Translations under genes and position numbers: made by a program
Shown: one piece after another, positions 35,054 to 44,430 of the stretch
Numbering within the stretch: position 1 is the first letter of the stretch
How the letters are laid out: each line of letters begins with the position of its first letter
The notes under the pieces: model-generated
What the model saw: the letters and a program-made list of their open reading frames with translations, nothing else
Databases searched by the model: none
Told to the model about the DNA's origin: nothing
IMG/VR virus record: IMGVR_UViG_3300037761_000202
Location: 1 to 52,343 of that record
Length of the DNA stretch: 52,343 nt
Origin: a virus
Lineage: Duplodnaviria > Caudoviricetes
Strand: one strand, 5' to 3'

Positions 35054-36709
35054 CTAGGCACGCCAGTGGGCGGACGGAGGTTCCGCCCGCACGGTGGGGG
35101 GGTCGAGCGTGAGTGTCTGAGTGTGCGTCTCTATAGACGCACTCGCACACTCAGACGACTGCGCGTCGCGCAGTGGCCGCGCAGTCGGCACACTGGCACG
35201 GTGGGTATGCAGAATGGAGTTACGGGGACCACCCTCAGTAACGATGGCACCATCTCGAATGCCGATCTTGATAGCTGCACGAACCGCGTCACGAGAGTGG
35301 TCGGACTCGGCCATCCCCCGTTCGATGGCCCGGAAGGACAGCTGAGGCTCCCGGTCGAGCAGAGCCAGCACATCAGCAAGCGCCTCCCGGGCCGCCGAGT
35401 CCTTCCGGCTTCCACCGCTGATACTGAGATGGCGAGTGGCCGTATCGAACGCCAGCCCGGTCTCCGGCTGGTCCACGTCCCGCCCGTAGGCGGACAAGAA
35501 CCGCCCCGAAGCCGGATCATCATCCTGCCGGACCAGTCGCCACTCCACGTCCGGCCAGTCACGTAGCCGGGAGTCGCCCCGGGAACGTTCAGCGGCGTGA
35601 CCCATGTGATGCACCACGCACGCCTCACCGATGTCAGCCTCTGCCAGCAGCGAGTCCAGGGCGACCAAGAACCGGCCAGCTTCGCGGTGTTCGTCCAGAC
35701 CGAGTGAGTCAAGCACGGGCCGTAGACAGTCCAGCACCAGATAACTGACCTGCCGCTGGCGTAGCAACGTAGCCCAGCGGGCACGGTTGGCGTGGTCGAG
35801 GATGTCGAAGGCGGCCGCCGAGCCACGCATCGGCAACACCACCACCTGGTCGTCATTTTGGATCCTCTGGTCGGCCAGCCATCCGTCCAGCTGGTGGGGC
35901 GACATTTCGAAGTCGAGCACCGCTACCGTTCCGACCACCGGCGTGACGGTGTGCTGACCGAGGAATCTGTCCCCGTCGACCAGCGACCGGACCAGGTTGC
36001 CGACCAGGGTGGTCTTACCGGCCTTGAACTGAGCTGCCAGCATGACCCGGGAGCCGGTGGGCTGCCATCCCTCGATCCGGTACGTGGTCTCCAGGCGGGG
36101 GCGGGCCAGACGCTCCCGCAGGGTCAGCACCTCCGGCGGGTGGGCGGGTGGTCGTTCCTCGGCGTCGAGGCGCCGCTTCGCTTCACGCCGCAGCCGCTGC
36201 TGGGCGATCTCGGCCCGCAGCGCCAGCCCCCATTCGTCAGGGTCGTGCTCGATCTGACCTGCTGGCGCGGTCGCGCTGGTTGTGCCGTTGCTGCGGGCAG
36301 GTACGCCGCGTGGTTGTTGGGCGCCACTGTCCAGGCCTGAACGGATGGTGGGGCCGATCTCCCGCGGGTCCAGCCCGACCAGCTCAGCGGCGGCGGTCAG
36401 CTCGCGCACCACCGTAATCTCATCCAGCTCTCCGCCGGCGACCAGCTGACCGAGGCAGAAGGCAGCTCGGTTCAGGTTGGCGTTTCGGGTGCCGTTGGTA
36501 GCTGATTTCACGCGCTCGATTTCGCCGGCCAGCGCGGTGGCGGCATAGCCCCCACTCTGGCCGAGAGGGTACGGGGCGGCTACCGCGGGCCCTACGGGCG
36601 TAGGTGGGTCTGGTCGCGCCCAGGGCGGCACCCAGTCCGGGTGCATCGAGACAGGCCAGGTCTGCGCTGCTTCGGCATCGGGCGGTTCCCACGGTAGCCG
36701 TTCGGTCAC
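35054..36709 (-). CDS. AAA_25/RepA-like replicative helicase with N-terminal primase-C-terminal-like domain
   Basis: GTRNANLNRAAFCLGQLV; Walker A AQFKAGKTT; LDFEM; LVLDC; VHHMGH; RGDSRLRDWPD. Confidence 0.88.
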   Translation of the reverse strand: MTERLPWEPPDAEAAQTWPVSMHPDWVPPWARPDPPTPVGPAVAAPYPLGQSGGYAATALAGEIERVKSATNGTRNANLNRAAFCLGQLVAGGELDEITVVRELTAAAELVGLDPREIGPTIRSGLDSGAQQPRGVPARSNGTTSATAPAGQIEHDPDEWGLALRAEIAQQRLRREAKRRLDAEERPPAHPPEVLTLRERLARPRLETTYRIEGWQPTGSRVMLAAQFKAGKTTLVGNLVRSLVDGDRFLGQHTVTPVVGTVAVLDFEMSPHQLDGWLADQRIQNDDQVVVLPMRGSAAAFDILDHANRARWATLLRQRQVSYLVLDCLRPVLDSLGLDEHREAGRFLVALDSLLAEADIGEACVVHHMGHAAERSRGDSRLRDWPDVEWRLVRQDDDPASGRFLSAYGRDVDQPETGLAFDTATRHLSISGGSRKDSAAREALADVLALLDREPQLSFRAIERGMAESDHSRDAVRAAIKIGIRDGAIVTEGGPRNSILHTHRASVPTARPLRDAQSSECASASIETHTQTLTLDPPTVRAEPPSAHWRA

Positions 36710-37326
36710 TCGGGCACCTCCCATGTGTAGACGGTGCTGTAGCCGGAGGTGTTCAACGGGTTGCACCACTGCCACCGGCGTCCGTTCGCACCGACCGACG
36801 GTGGGGCGAGCACATACCCTCCGGCCCCGCGGTAGTCAACACCTGGCTTAATCCCAGCTGAGTTGCCGGCGCCGGTCGGCTCGATGTAGATGTGCATCCC
36901 GCCGCGGGGCGTGAGCACCCGGCCGGCGTACTGCTCGGGGAATAGTCGGTCACTCTTGAGCCTGGCTAGAGACCGGTAGCCGGTTGGGCCGTCGACGTCA
37001 ATGACGTCGTACCTCCCCCCGGTGGGCAGGCCTATGTTCGCTGCCGGGGTACGTGCCCACCATTCGCGGATGACGTCCGGCTCGGCCGACGCGTCCTGAA
37101 ATCCGTGGGTGGTGATCGGCCGTTTCCCGCCCGGTTCGCACGGGAACACCGGCATTCCCTGCTCGGCGTACCAGAGTGCAGCGGTCAGTAACGCGCCCGG
37201 TTGGTCGAGCCGGGCGCGGACCGCTGCGGCGCGCCGGTCGGCTTCGGCGGCGAGCTGTTCGAAGCGGGGCATGTCCAGGGCGCGTAGGGCGGTGGTCATC
37301 GCCTGGTCTAGCTCGGCGTCGGTCAT
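36706..37326 (-). CDS. Bifunctional DNA primase/polymerase (Prim-Pol)
   Basis: GMPVFPC..GGKRP...ANIGLPTG..DVIDVDG...TPRGGMHIY...DYRGAGGYVLAPPS. Confidence 0.92.
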   Translation of the reverse strand: MTDAELDQAMTTALRALDMPRFEQLAAEADRRAAAVRARLDQPGALLTAALWYAEQGMPVFPCEPGGKRPITTHGFQDASAEPDVIREWWARTPAANIGLPTGGRYDVIDVDGPTGYRSLARLKSDRLFPEQYAGRVLTPRGGMHIYIEPTGAGNSAGIKPGVDYRGAGGYVLAPPSVGANGRRWQWCNPLNTSGYSTVYTWEVPE

Positions 37327-37919
37327 CAGCCGTTCTCGCCGTGTTCGAAGCGGGCTGAACGGGCTGCCGTGTAAGCAGCCATCTCGGCAAGTTCGTAATC
37401 AACCGGCCCCGGGTCGAGGTATTTGGCGCCGCCGCCGCCGTATCCCTTCAGCGCAGGCAATCTCCCTCTGTCATGTGAAATCAGTTCAGTGCAAGGAAGT
37501 CCCAATTCGTAAGTGTCGGGAAAGCACAGCATGTCGGCCCATGCGACGTGAAGGCAGATCACCCACTCTCCGCAGCAGTGCTGTTCCCGCGTCAAGACAA
37601 AGTGCTGCGGCAAGCCGAGGCGAACGTCAGGGACCGGCCCCAGGATCATCAGCCCGAGACCGTCAAGTTCTAGCGCCGCCTCCATGTATTTCGTCGCTTC
37701 CGACCGAAAGGTTTTCTCGTCCCCTTTCACCTCCACCCATAGGTGCGATTGCGGCAGATAAAAATCGGGAAGGTAACGTTGCCCGGACGGCAGTTCGAAG
37801 CCTTGCGGCTCGTACTCCCAACGGATCCCGAGTTGGTCGAAGAACACCGCCCAGCGCGCCTCCAGCCGGGAGCGGAATCGGCATCCGGCGTACCTGGTTT
37901 GAATCGCCTTGATGTTCAC
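37326..37919 (-). CDS. PD-(D/E)XK nuclease-like protein
   Basis: FRSRLEARWAVFFD..WEYEPQG...YLPDFYL...VEVKG; lower GC. Confidence 0.8.
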   Translation of the reverse strand: MNIKAIQTRYAGCRFRSRLEARWAVFFDQLGIRWEYEPQGFELPSGQRYLPDFYLPQSHLWVEVKGDEKTFRSEATKYMEAALELDGLGLMILGPVPDVRLGLPQHFVLTREQHCCGEWVICLHVAWADMLCFPDTYELGLPCTELISHDRGRLPALKGYGGGGAKYLDPGPVDYELAEMAAYTAARSARFEHGENG

Positions 37920-37977
37920 GTGCCCCGCCGCGTCGTGAGCGCGGTGCCCGGCAGACCGGGCGGGGCGGGTTGTGCGA

Positions 37978-38394
37978 TCAGAACGGCGGCTGTGCTTTGC
38001 CGATGTCCGCCGGGCCGGTCACCGTGGTGGCCTGACGGCTATCCAGATACGACACCCCGAGCCCGATGTCGGCGTCGGTCGGGTCTTCGATGCGCCACGG
38101 TGCGTTCTGCCCCGGCTTGGCCGCGCCCTGCCCGAGCCGGCCCAGCACCCGCTCGCCGATCAGGCTGCGGGTCTGGCCGATCAGCGCACGCGGGAAGATC
38201 AGCGTGTCGCGGTACTCCTGGGGGCCGTCGGGCGCGTCGATGATCGTCACATCGGCCCGGACCGTGTCCTTCTCCCCGAGCGTGGTCATGATGCCGGTCT
38301 CGAAAGCGTGAGGCTCGACCAGCAACAGCCGGCCCTTGTGCTCGGCCCACTGGATGCCGGTCGCACTGGCCGGCTTCTTGAACGGATTGCTCAC
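37978..38394 (-). CDS. Putative single-stranded DNA-binding protein
   Basis: GRLLLVEP...VLGRLGQG..KPGQNAPW; ends PPF; next to the exonuclease. Confidence 0.6.
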   Translation of the reverse strand: MSNPFKKPASATGIQWAEHKGRLLLVEPHAFETGIMTTLGEKDTVRADVTIIDAPDGPQEYRDTLIFPRALIGQTRSLIGERVLGRLGQGAAKPGQNAPWRIEDPTDADIGLGVSYLDSRQATTVTGPADIGKAQPPF

Positions 38395-39353
38395 TCTTGC
38401 ACTCCTTCTCTTTCTCCTGCTGGCACACCCTGCGCCAGAAGCTGCTTCTTACGGCCGGCGGCCGCCTGGGTCCACTCCGCCCGCCAGTGCTCGGCGTGCT
38501 GCCGCCAGATCGTCTCTAGGTGCTCCACCGAACCGGCCGCGGCGATCAGCTCCCCAACCGGTGTGAACTGCCGGGCGAACTCGTGCCGGCTGGTGCGCCA
38601 CTGCCACACCCGGCTGGCCACATCCACCCCCGCCCGGCCGTCGGCCAGGTTCACCCACCAGATGGCACACTCGCCAGCACCGGCGGGCAGGTGGATGACC
38701 AGCCCCCAGTCACGGCTGACCGCAAGGTCTTCCCGGCCCCCGGTGTCTGGGCGGTAGCGGGCTGAACCGGCGTACACCGCGAGTTGCATGGCGATCTTCG
38801 CGTGGGCGTAGTCGACCCGCCCGGTCTTGATGTCGGCGACGTAGCGCCGCCCGCCCCACGACACGATCCGGTCGAACGTCCCACCGACCTGCAGATCGTC
38901 GTCGACCACGAACACCTCCAGCTCCTGCATCACCAGCTCGGCGGTGGCCTGCCGGTAGGCGTCGATGTCAGGCTGTGAGCTTGGTGGGATTGTGACGTCC
39001 ATGCCACGGTCCAGCTGCTCGGTGATCGCATGCAGCGCGGTTCCGGTGGTGGCGGCGGTGGACTGGCCGGCGTAGTCGGCTGCCTCTTTGCACACCTCGT
39101 TGAGCGTGTTCTTGTCTCCGGCGGCAGAGGCGGCTTTCAGAACAAGGTCGGGGCGGGCGGCCATGCCTGCCGCGACGTTGCGCTGCTTCCACAGCTCCAG
39201 TGCCCACCGGTCCTCCAGGACGTCGATGAACGTGGTGCAACGCCGATACGGGATCGGTTTGCCACCTGCTTGGGGGATCACCAGCGGGCGTCCCCACCGG
39301 TCCCGTGGCACGGTGGGGGCCGGTGGGACTAGTGTCTGGTTCATGTGGACCAT
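38391..39353 (-). CDS. Cas4-like/RecB-family exonuclease
   Basis: RDRWGRP, GTALHAITE, VGGTFDRI, ADIKTG, MQLAVYA. Confidence 0.85.
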   Translation of the reverse strand: MVHMNQTLVPPAPTVPRDRWGRPLVIPQAGGKPIPYRRCTTFIDVLEDRWALELWKQRNVAAGMAARPDLVLKAASAAGDKNTLNEVCKEAADYAGQSTAATTGTALHAITEQLDRGMDVTIPPSSQPDIDAYRQATAELVMQELEVFVVDDDLQVGGTFDRIVSWGGRRYVADIKTGRVDYAHAKIAMQLAVYAGSARYRPDTGGREDLAVSRDWGLVIHLPAGAGECAIWWVNLADGRAGVDVASRVWQWRTSRHEFARQFTPVGELIAAAGSVEHLETIWRQHAEHWRAEWTQAAAGRKKQLLAQGVPAGEREGVQE

Positions 39354-39838
39354 CACGGGCCTTCCGGTGTGCCGTAGCCGGCGTGGGTGAGCAGCGGACA
39401 CGCCTGGGCCAGGTGGATGCGGACCGGCCCGAGCTCGCCGAAGCACCACCGGCCCAGTCCACCGAGCCCGTCCGTACGGGTGCCGCTCGCGCACAGCGCC
39501 TCGTACTGCCAGCCGGGCATGATCGCCCACCAGCGGCCGGCGTTGGCGGCACCGATGCCCTTGCGCTGTAGCACCAGCACACCCACCTCAGCCCGGGCGT
39601 GGACCCGCTCGGTGTCGGTGTCGTTCAGCCAGTCGGACACCTGACCGTCACTGGCCAGTCGCGCCGCGGCTCCGCCTTTCACCTCCCAGCAGATGCCGGG
39701 GGTACCGGTTATGTCACCCGCGTCCTTTGTGCCGCGCAGCGATCGGCGTTCCGCGTGGGGGAACCCGGCGGTGCGTAGGTAGCGGACCACGGCGGTCTCG
39801 GCGGCGGTGCCGATGTCCTTCGGCCGGCGGGCGGTCAC
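39353..39838 (-). CDS. Holliday junction resolvase (archaeal Hjc-type)
   Basis: KDIGTAAETAVVRYL...AERRSLRG..DAGDI...EVKG; AGGAGG before GTG. Confidence 0.8.
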   Translation of the reverse strand: MTARRPKDIGTAAETAVVRYLRTAGFPHAERRSLRGTKDAGDITGTPGICWEVKGGAAARLASDGQVSDWLNDTDTERVHARAEVGVLVLQRKGIGAANAGRWWAIMPGWQYEALCASGTRTDGLGGLGRWCFGELGPVRIHLAQACPLLTHAGYGTPEGP

Positions 39839-40066
39839 AGCGTCCTCCTGTCTGGCGGTACGTTGCTGGCGCCGATGCGCAGTGCGCGTACCAGCTCGCC
39901 GTGGGCGGTCGCGGTGGTCCGGCGCCCATGTCCGGCCGTCGACCTGGTAGGGCGAGTGCTGCTCGTACACCAGCCACCGCCAGCGGCGCCACAGCCACCG
40001 GTCGCGCATGACGACTAGCCGCACGCCTCTGTAGTCGCTGGTGCTGTGGACGTGGCCCGCGGTCAT
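39835..40066 (-). pseudogene. Small gene with apparent 1-nt insertion at about 39925
   Basis: High-GC3 frame switches after ACA TGG G; the corrected frame ends in a GTGA overlap with the resolvase start. Confidence 0.6.
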
Positions 40067-40260
40067 GGCCGGCCCCGGGTGGACAGTGCGATGACCGCGC
40101 CCCGCCACGCCCGGGCGTGGCGCAGGTGCAGCTGCCGGCCGGTGTTGCATGCCGGGCGAGGGCCGCGGGTGATGTCGGGCGGGTCCTGGCATACGGGGCA
40201 GCCGTCGGTGTGCCGGGCGCATGCGGCGGTGGCGAGGGCGAGTACCGCGGTGGCGCTCAT
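40063..40260 (-). CDS. Small Cys/His protein
   Basis: HTDGCPVC...CNTGRQL; ATGA-coupled. Confidence 0.65.
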   Translation of the reverse strand: MSATAVLALATAACARHTDGCPVCQDPPDITRGPRPACNTGRQLHLRHARAWRGAVIALSTRGRP

Positions 40261-40706
40261 GGCAGCCCCACCTTCAGCCGGGCGGCTATCGCCTCAGCGT
40301 CCGGCAGCTCCACCGTCACCACACCGCCCGGTGACGGCGCGGGAGCCGGCGTCTGCTCGGCTGCTGCGGTGGCCCCGGCGCGGCACAGCTCGCACCACCG
40401 GGAGTTGGGGTTTTCCAGCGCGTCCGCCCGCGGCCAGCCGATGCCCGGGTGTTCGACCCATTCGCGGGGCCACGCCATTCCGTCGTGGCCGTAGAGGGTG
40501 CTGAGGTCGTTCCCCTGCCGGTCGCGGGGGCCGCCGGGCTTCCAGGTCCACACCCGGCCGAGCGCGTCGGTGATCGGCGGGTGCTCGGCGACCTCCATCT
40601 CGGCGATGACCATCCGTAGCGCCAGCCACTCGGTGACCAGCGTGGAGACGGCCCGCTGAGCTTGCGTGATCGTCTGGCGGTCCGCTTCGCTGAGTCGGGC
40701 GGTCAC
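40257..40706 (-). CDS. Hypothetical protein
   Basis: GGAGG then GTG; DALGRVWTW...WCELC. Confidence 0.7.
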   Translation of the reverse strand: MTARLSEADRQTITQAQRAVSTLVTEWLALRMVIAEMEVAEHPPITDALGRVWTWKPGGPRDRQGNDLSTLYGHDGMAWPREWVEHPGIGWPRADALENPNSRWCELCRAGATAAAEQTPAPAPSPGGVVTVELPDAEAIAARLKVGLP

Positions 40707-41290
40707 GGCAGCCTCCACGTCCGGGCGTGGCCGGCGAGTTGTACCGGCCGGCCGAGCCGGTGAGCCCACCACGTCGGGTCGAGCTGCACCGCCACCCGGC
40801 GGTTGGCGAGCCTGACCCGCCGCCAGTAGGCGGGGATCCGCACGGCCATGCTGTGCCGGCCGGGGGCGGGTAGCGGGTGGCCGGCGGCGTAGGCGGCTGG
40901 CCGCTGGTGCTGGTCGGCCTCGCAGTCGCGGCCCTCCCACCACGGCCTGCAGCGGGTTGAGTCGCAGCTGGGGTTGGGGCACCGGTCGTCGACCGGGCGG
41001 GTTGAGCGCCACGGCGGCGGCTCCACTGCCGGCGGGGTGTCGTAGTTGAGCAGCGCCGCGGCGGTGGCCAGCTCTCGCTGGTCGGCGCGGAGCGCGGCCC
41101 GCCATGCCCAGCCGGCTACCGTCCACCGGGCTACGCGTAGGGGGCTGAGGATCAGGGTCAGGGTGGGGCGCCACTGCGGGGCCGCTGGGGCGTGGGTGGT
41201 CGGCGCGGTAGCCCGGCCGCGGGTGCCGGACCACAGCCACAGCGCGGCGATTGCCGCGGTGGCCAGCATGACGATCAGCTTCTGGATCAT
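40703..41290 (-). CDS. Membrane-anchored hypothetical protein
   Basis: N-terminal TM; CPNPSCD..C. Confidence 0.65.
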   Translation of the reverse strand: MIQKLIVMLATAAIAALWLWSGTRGRATAPTTHAPAAPQWRPTLTLILSPLRVARWTVAGWAWRAALRADQRELATAAALLNYDTPPAVEPPPWRSTRPVDDRCPNPSCDSTRCRPWWEGRDCEADQHQRPAAYAAGHPLPAPGRHSMAVRIPAYWRRVRLANRRVAVQLDPTWWAHRLGRPVQLAGHARTWRLP

Positions 41291-41820
41291 GGCAGTGTCC
41301 TTTCCGACTGGTTGGCGGCGGCGCGTTCCTTGCGCTCCCGGCGGTTGCGGGCGCGGCGGGCGCGGTACAGCGCCTCGGCCATCTGGCAGGCCGCATCGAC
41401 CGGCTCGCCACGCTTACGGTGGCCACGCGCGCCGGTGGTGGTGCCGCAGTTGCTGCGCCGCAGCGACTCGTGGTGGCACTCGTGGCTGCAGAACCGTTGG
41501 TCGGCGCGGCGGGGCGAGAACAGGCGGGGGCACTGCTCACACAGCCGCATCTTCGTGCTCAGCCGCTCGCGCAGCTGCCCTCCCCAGACCCCGTGTGTGG
41601 CGTGCTGGTCGTCGGCGTCCTGGCGGCATTCAGCCACCACCGGGCAGCGGGCGCACACCGCCACCGCCTGGTCCACCTGAGCCTGAGCTGCGGCGGTCAG
41701 CTTCTCGCCGGGCAGGAAGAACAGCTCAGGATCCTCGTCGCGGCACGCGGCACGCTTCCGCCAGTCGACGGCGGGTTCGGTGCTGAGCAGGTCGGCTGAG
41801 ACCCGGTCACGCAGCTGCAT
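41287..41820 (-). CDS. whiB: WhiB-family transcription factor with two extra Cys modules
   Basis: WRKRAACRDEDPELFF...VCARCPVVAEC...GVWGG; then CEQC...FCSHEC and CGT..G..GH..RGEPVD..C. Confidence 0.9.
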   Translation of the reverse strand: MQLRDRVSADLLSTEPAVDWRKRAACRDEDPELFFLPGEKLTAAAQAQVDQAVAVCARCPVVAECRQDADDQHATHGVWGGQLRERLSTKMRLCEQCPRLFSPRRADQRFCSHECHHESLRRSNCGTTTGARGHRKRGEPVDAACQMAEALYRARRARNRRERKERAAANQSERTLP

Positions 41821-42157
41821 GGGTCACCGCCCCGTTGGCTTCGATCTCCGCGTCGAGCTGCTGCAGCTCGGCGGCGAGCCGGGCGCGCCGGTGCTCCCGC
41901 GTCTCCGCGCTGAGTCCGCACATGACCGTGACCGTCTGGGTTTCGCCGATCGGGGTGGCGGCGGACAGGTAGCGGCGGCCGTGGAGCAGCCGCTCGACGG
42001 GTTCGGGCAGGCCGATGGCGCCGGCGAGCCTGGTCACGGCGGCGGTGTCGTCACGCTCGCAGTGGAGGGTGAGCGTCGCGTCGACGACGCCGTACACGTG
42101 GCGCACGGCGGATGCGACAGTGGCGAGCCGGATGGCGATGTCGGTGCTGGTGGTCAT
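41807..42157 (-). CDS. Hypothetical protein
   Basis: GAAGGGA RBS; C-terminal coiled coil. Confidence 0.7.
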   Translation of the reverse strand: MTTSTDIAIRLATVASAVRHVYGVVDATLTLHCERDDTAAVTRLAGAIGLPEPVERLLHGRRYLSAATPIGETQTVTVMCGLSAETREHRRARLAAELQQLDAEIEANGAVTHAAA

Positions 42158-42564
42158 CGTGGTCCCTTCGGGTGAGTGCCGGGCGGCGCGGCGGCGTCGG
42201 TCGCAGGCACCGCGCCACCCGGCGGGTCCAGGTAGCCCCACTCGATCCGGGTCACCACGGTGTCGAAGCCGCAGCGCATCTTCGCGCAGAACATCGACGC
42301 GAACTCGGTCGTGGTCCAGCCAGAGAAGCCCTCCCGGATCACGTCGTCAGCAGTGATGTCCCGCAGCCGCTCCCGCCGCACGTCGACCACCTCGACCTCG
42401 GCCAGCCGCACCAGAGGCTCACCCGGCCGGCGGCCCTGAACCTTGCGGCACAGCGTCAGCCGGTCGCCTGGGCACAGGAACTGCCACCCCAGCCGGCGGG
42501 TGACGGTTTTGGTCCTGCCGACCACCTGGGGCTCGGTCAACGCGACGGACATGAGCCGGCTCAT
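42154..42564 (-). CDS. ASCH-domain protein
   Basis: RTKTVTRRLGW..LCPGD...VRRERLRDITADDVIREGF...VTRIEW. Confidence 0.85.
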   Translation of the reverse strand: MSRLMSVALTEPQVVGRTKTVTRRLGWQFLCPGDRLTLCRKVQGRRPGEPLVRLAEVEVVDVRRERLRDITADDVIREGFSGWTTTEFASMFCAKMRCGFDTVVTRIEWGYLDPPGGAVPATDAAAPPGTHPKGPR

Positions 42565-43004
42565 GGCGCACCTCGCACGGGTGCCCGGCCGGTCCGGTAG
42601 GCCACGTGGCCACGGCGGGCGGGTAGCTGGGTGCCGCCGGCGCGGTGACGGCCGGCGGCGGGTCTCCGGTTGCCCGCCGCCGGCCGCGCCCGGCCCGCCC
42701 GGTCTACACCCGGGCGGGAGTTGTGGGCGGCGCCCGCCGCCGCGCACCCCGTGACGGGGGCGGGCGCCGCGGCCCCGGCTGCTACCGCCTGCCCACGGGA
42801 GCCGGGGCGTCCACCCGCCGGCAGGGGGCGCCGGAACGGGCGGAGCAAGATGGTGGTGGCGTACACCGCGCCGAGTAGCGGCAGCGGCCCGGCGGCGACC
42901 AGCAGCGCCAGCCCGGCGGCCACGCCGGCGAGGATGGCGGCGGTGGCAAGGGTGGTGGTGGCGGCGGGGTGGGTGACCCACACGGCCACGTGGCGGCGGA
43001 TCAC
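42561..43004 (-). CDS. Two-TM membrane protein with low-complexity tail
   Basis: Hydrophobic N-terminus; coupled to neighbours. Confidence 0.6.
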   Translation of the reverse strand: MIRRHVAVWVTHPAATTTLATAAILAGVAAGLALLVAAGPLPLLGAVYATTILLRPFRRPLPAGGRPGSRGQAVAAGAAAPAPVTGCAAAGAAHNSRPGVDRAGRARPAAGNRRPAAGRHRAGGTQLPARRGHVAYRTGRAPVRGAP

Positions 43005-43231
43005 GACGTACCGTCCTCACCGGTGGCGCAGGCCCAGTGGACCTCTACCGCCACCGCGTTGTACGGCAGCCAGGCGGCGGCCTTACGCCGCGCCTCCGGG
43101 TCGTCGCCGGGGCCGAGCATGACCAGCGTCGTGTAATCGCCGGCGACGAACGGGGCACTGCACGCCGGGCATGGGCGGCCGACGCCCGGGTGGTCTGGGC
43201 TCTTGGGGCCGAACTTGCGGCTGGTGGCCAT
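43001..43231 (-). CDS. Small zinc-binding protein
   Basis: CPAC...VHWAC. Confidence 0.7.
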   Translation of the reverse strand: MATSRKFGPKSPDHPGVGRPCPACSAPFVAGDYTTLVMLGPGDDPEARRKAAAWLPYNAVAVEVHWACATGEDGTS

Positions 43232-43236
43232 GGCCG

Positions 43237-43623
43237 TCACCAGTTCCCAGTGAGTAGCACCGCAGCGACCAGCGCGGCGACGAGCAGCAGGAAGGCGGCC
43301 GCGTCGCCGATGGTGGTGCCGCCACGGTCGGGGGGCTCCAGCGCGGCGAGCACAGCGGCGCCGGCGGGGGTGATCTCGTACACGGAGTAGCGGGTGCCGG
43401 GCTCGCGTACGGCGCCGGTGCGGATTAGTCCGCGGCGCCGTAGCGCGTCGATGGTGCCGCGCAGCCGGTAGGCGTAGACGTAGCCATAGATGTACGGCCG
43501 GGCGGGGTGGGTCAGCTCGTCGCGGCGCAGGTCTCCGGCGGCGGCGGCGCGTAGTGCGCGGCGCATGGGTGGGGTGAGCTGTTGGGCGACCTGGGCGGCG
43601 CCCGGCGGGATCTGGGTGGTCAT
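43237..43623 (-). CDS. Winged-helix-like protein with C-terminal TM
   Basis: TIDALRRRGLI...YEITPAGAAVL; C-terminal hydrophobic helix. Confidence 0.65.
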   Translation of the reverse strand: MTTQIPPGAAQVAQQLTPPMRRALRAAAAGDLRRDELTHPARPYIYGYVYAYRLRGTIDALRRRGLIRTGAVREPGTRYSVYEITPAGAAVLAALEPPDRGGTTIGDAAAFLLLVAALVAAVLLTGNW

Positions 43624-44048
43624 GAACGGGCCGCCTCGCTGTCACCGCGAACCTTGATCGTGAGCCCGTAGGCGTAGTAGAACGGGTTTCCGCAGGACCA
43701 GCCGACCTTCAGCTCCAGCACCGATCCCGCGTCCGCGAGGATGTGCCAGCGCGTGTATCCGTCGGTGGTGGCGACACCGGTGATTACGTGGTCTGCGCCG
43801 GGGAGATGATGAACGATCTCCTCGATATCGGTGTAGGCGCAGCAGTCGCTTTCCCCTGACAGGATCGCTACTCGACCGTCATCGAGATACAGGCGTGTCC
43901 GCCGCCCGGCATCGGGGCCCTCTACGCGCACGATGCGGTGCCCGACGACGGCCTGGGCCAGCTCCGCCACGCTCTCCGGCATGGTCCCGTCGTCTTCGTC
44001 CTCGTCGACTCCGTGGTCGATGTAGGCGCTGTAGTCGACGCTAGTCAT
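43620..44048 (-). CDS. Conserved actinophage hypothetical protein
   Basis: VVGHRIVRVE...SDCCAYT...WSCGNPFYYAYG. Confidence 0.75.
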   Translation of the reverse strand: MTSVDYSAYIDHGVDEDEDDGTMPESVAELAQAVVGHRIVRVEGPDAGRRTRLYLDDGRVAILSGESDCCAYTDIEEIVHHLPGADHVITGVATTDGYTRWHILADAGSVLELKVGWSCGNPFYYAYGLTIKVRGDSEAARS

Positions 44049-44049
44049 G

Positions 44050-44430
44050 TCAGTCCCCCTCGGGGTTGTCGGTGGTGTTGTCGCGCAGCGGTTTGCGGGG
44101 TCCGCCGTTCTGGTGCTCGGCCGGGTAATCGCGGTCGCTGTGCCAGTCGCCGGCCGGCCGGCCGGTGGCGCCGGCGAACGGTGGCCGGGTCGGACGGTGG
44201 GCGCCGAGCCGGTCGGGGTGGGAGTCGGCCCGGTCCCGCTGGTCCGCCGCCCGGTGGCGGGCGAGTGCCAGCGGGATGAGCAGCGGCAGCAGCAGCAGCC
44301 GACGTAGGCAGCCCCGGGGCGGCTTGCCACCGGCGGCGCGGCCGTGGTTGTGTCCGGTGCCGTAGAGCCGCCCGTCTCGGTAGCCGCGGCGGTAGTCGGG
44401 GTGGTCTTTGCGGGACCGGTCGCGCCTCAT
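44050..44430 (-). CDS. Membrane-associated hypothetical protein
   Basis: YRRGYRDG...GCLRRLLLLPLLIPLALA. Confidence 0.6.
   Translation of the reverse strand: MRRDRSRKDHPDYRRGYRDGRLYGTGHNHGRAAGGKPPRGCLRRLLLLPLLIPLALARHRAADQRDRADSHPDRLGAHRPTRPPFAGATGRPAGDWHSDRDYPAEHQNGGPRKPLRDNTTDNPEGD

Noticed and set aside
38391-39353. Cas4-like gene as sign of CRISPR, or ParB cassette as sign of a TIGR-Tas guide array
   Set aside because: No repeat-spacer array, cas1/cas2 or Nop-domain protein seen; context is recombination/replication
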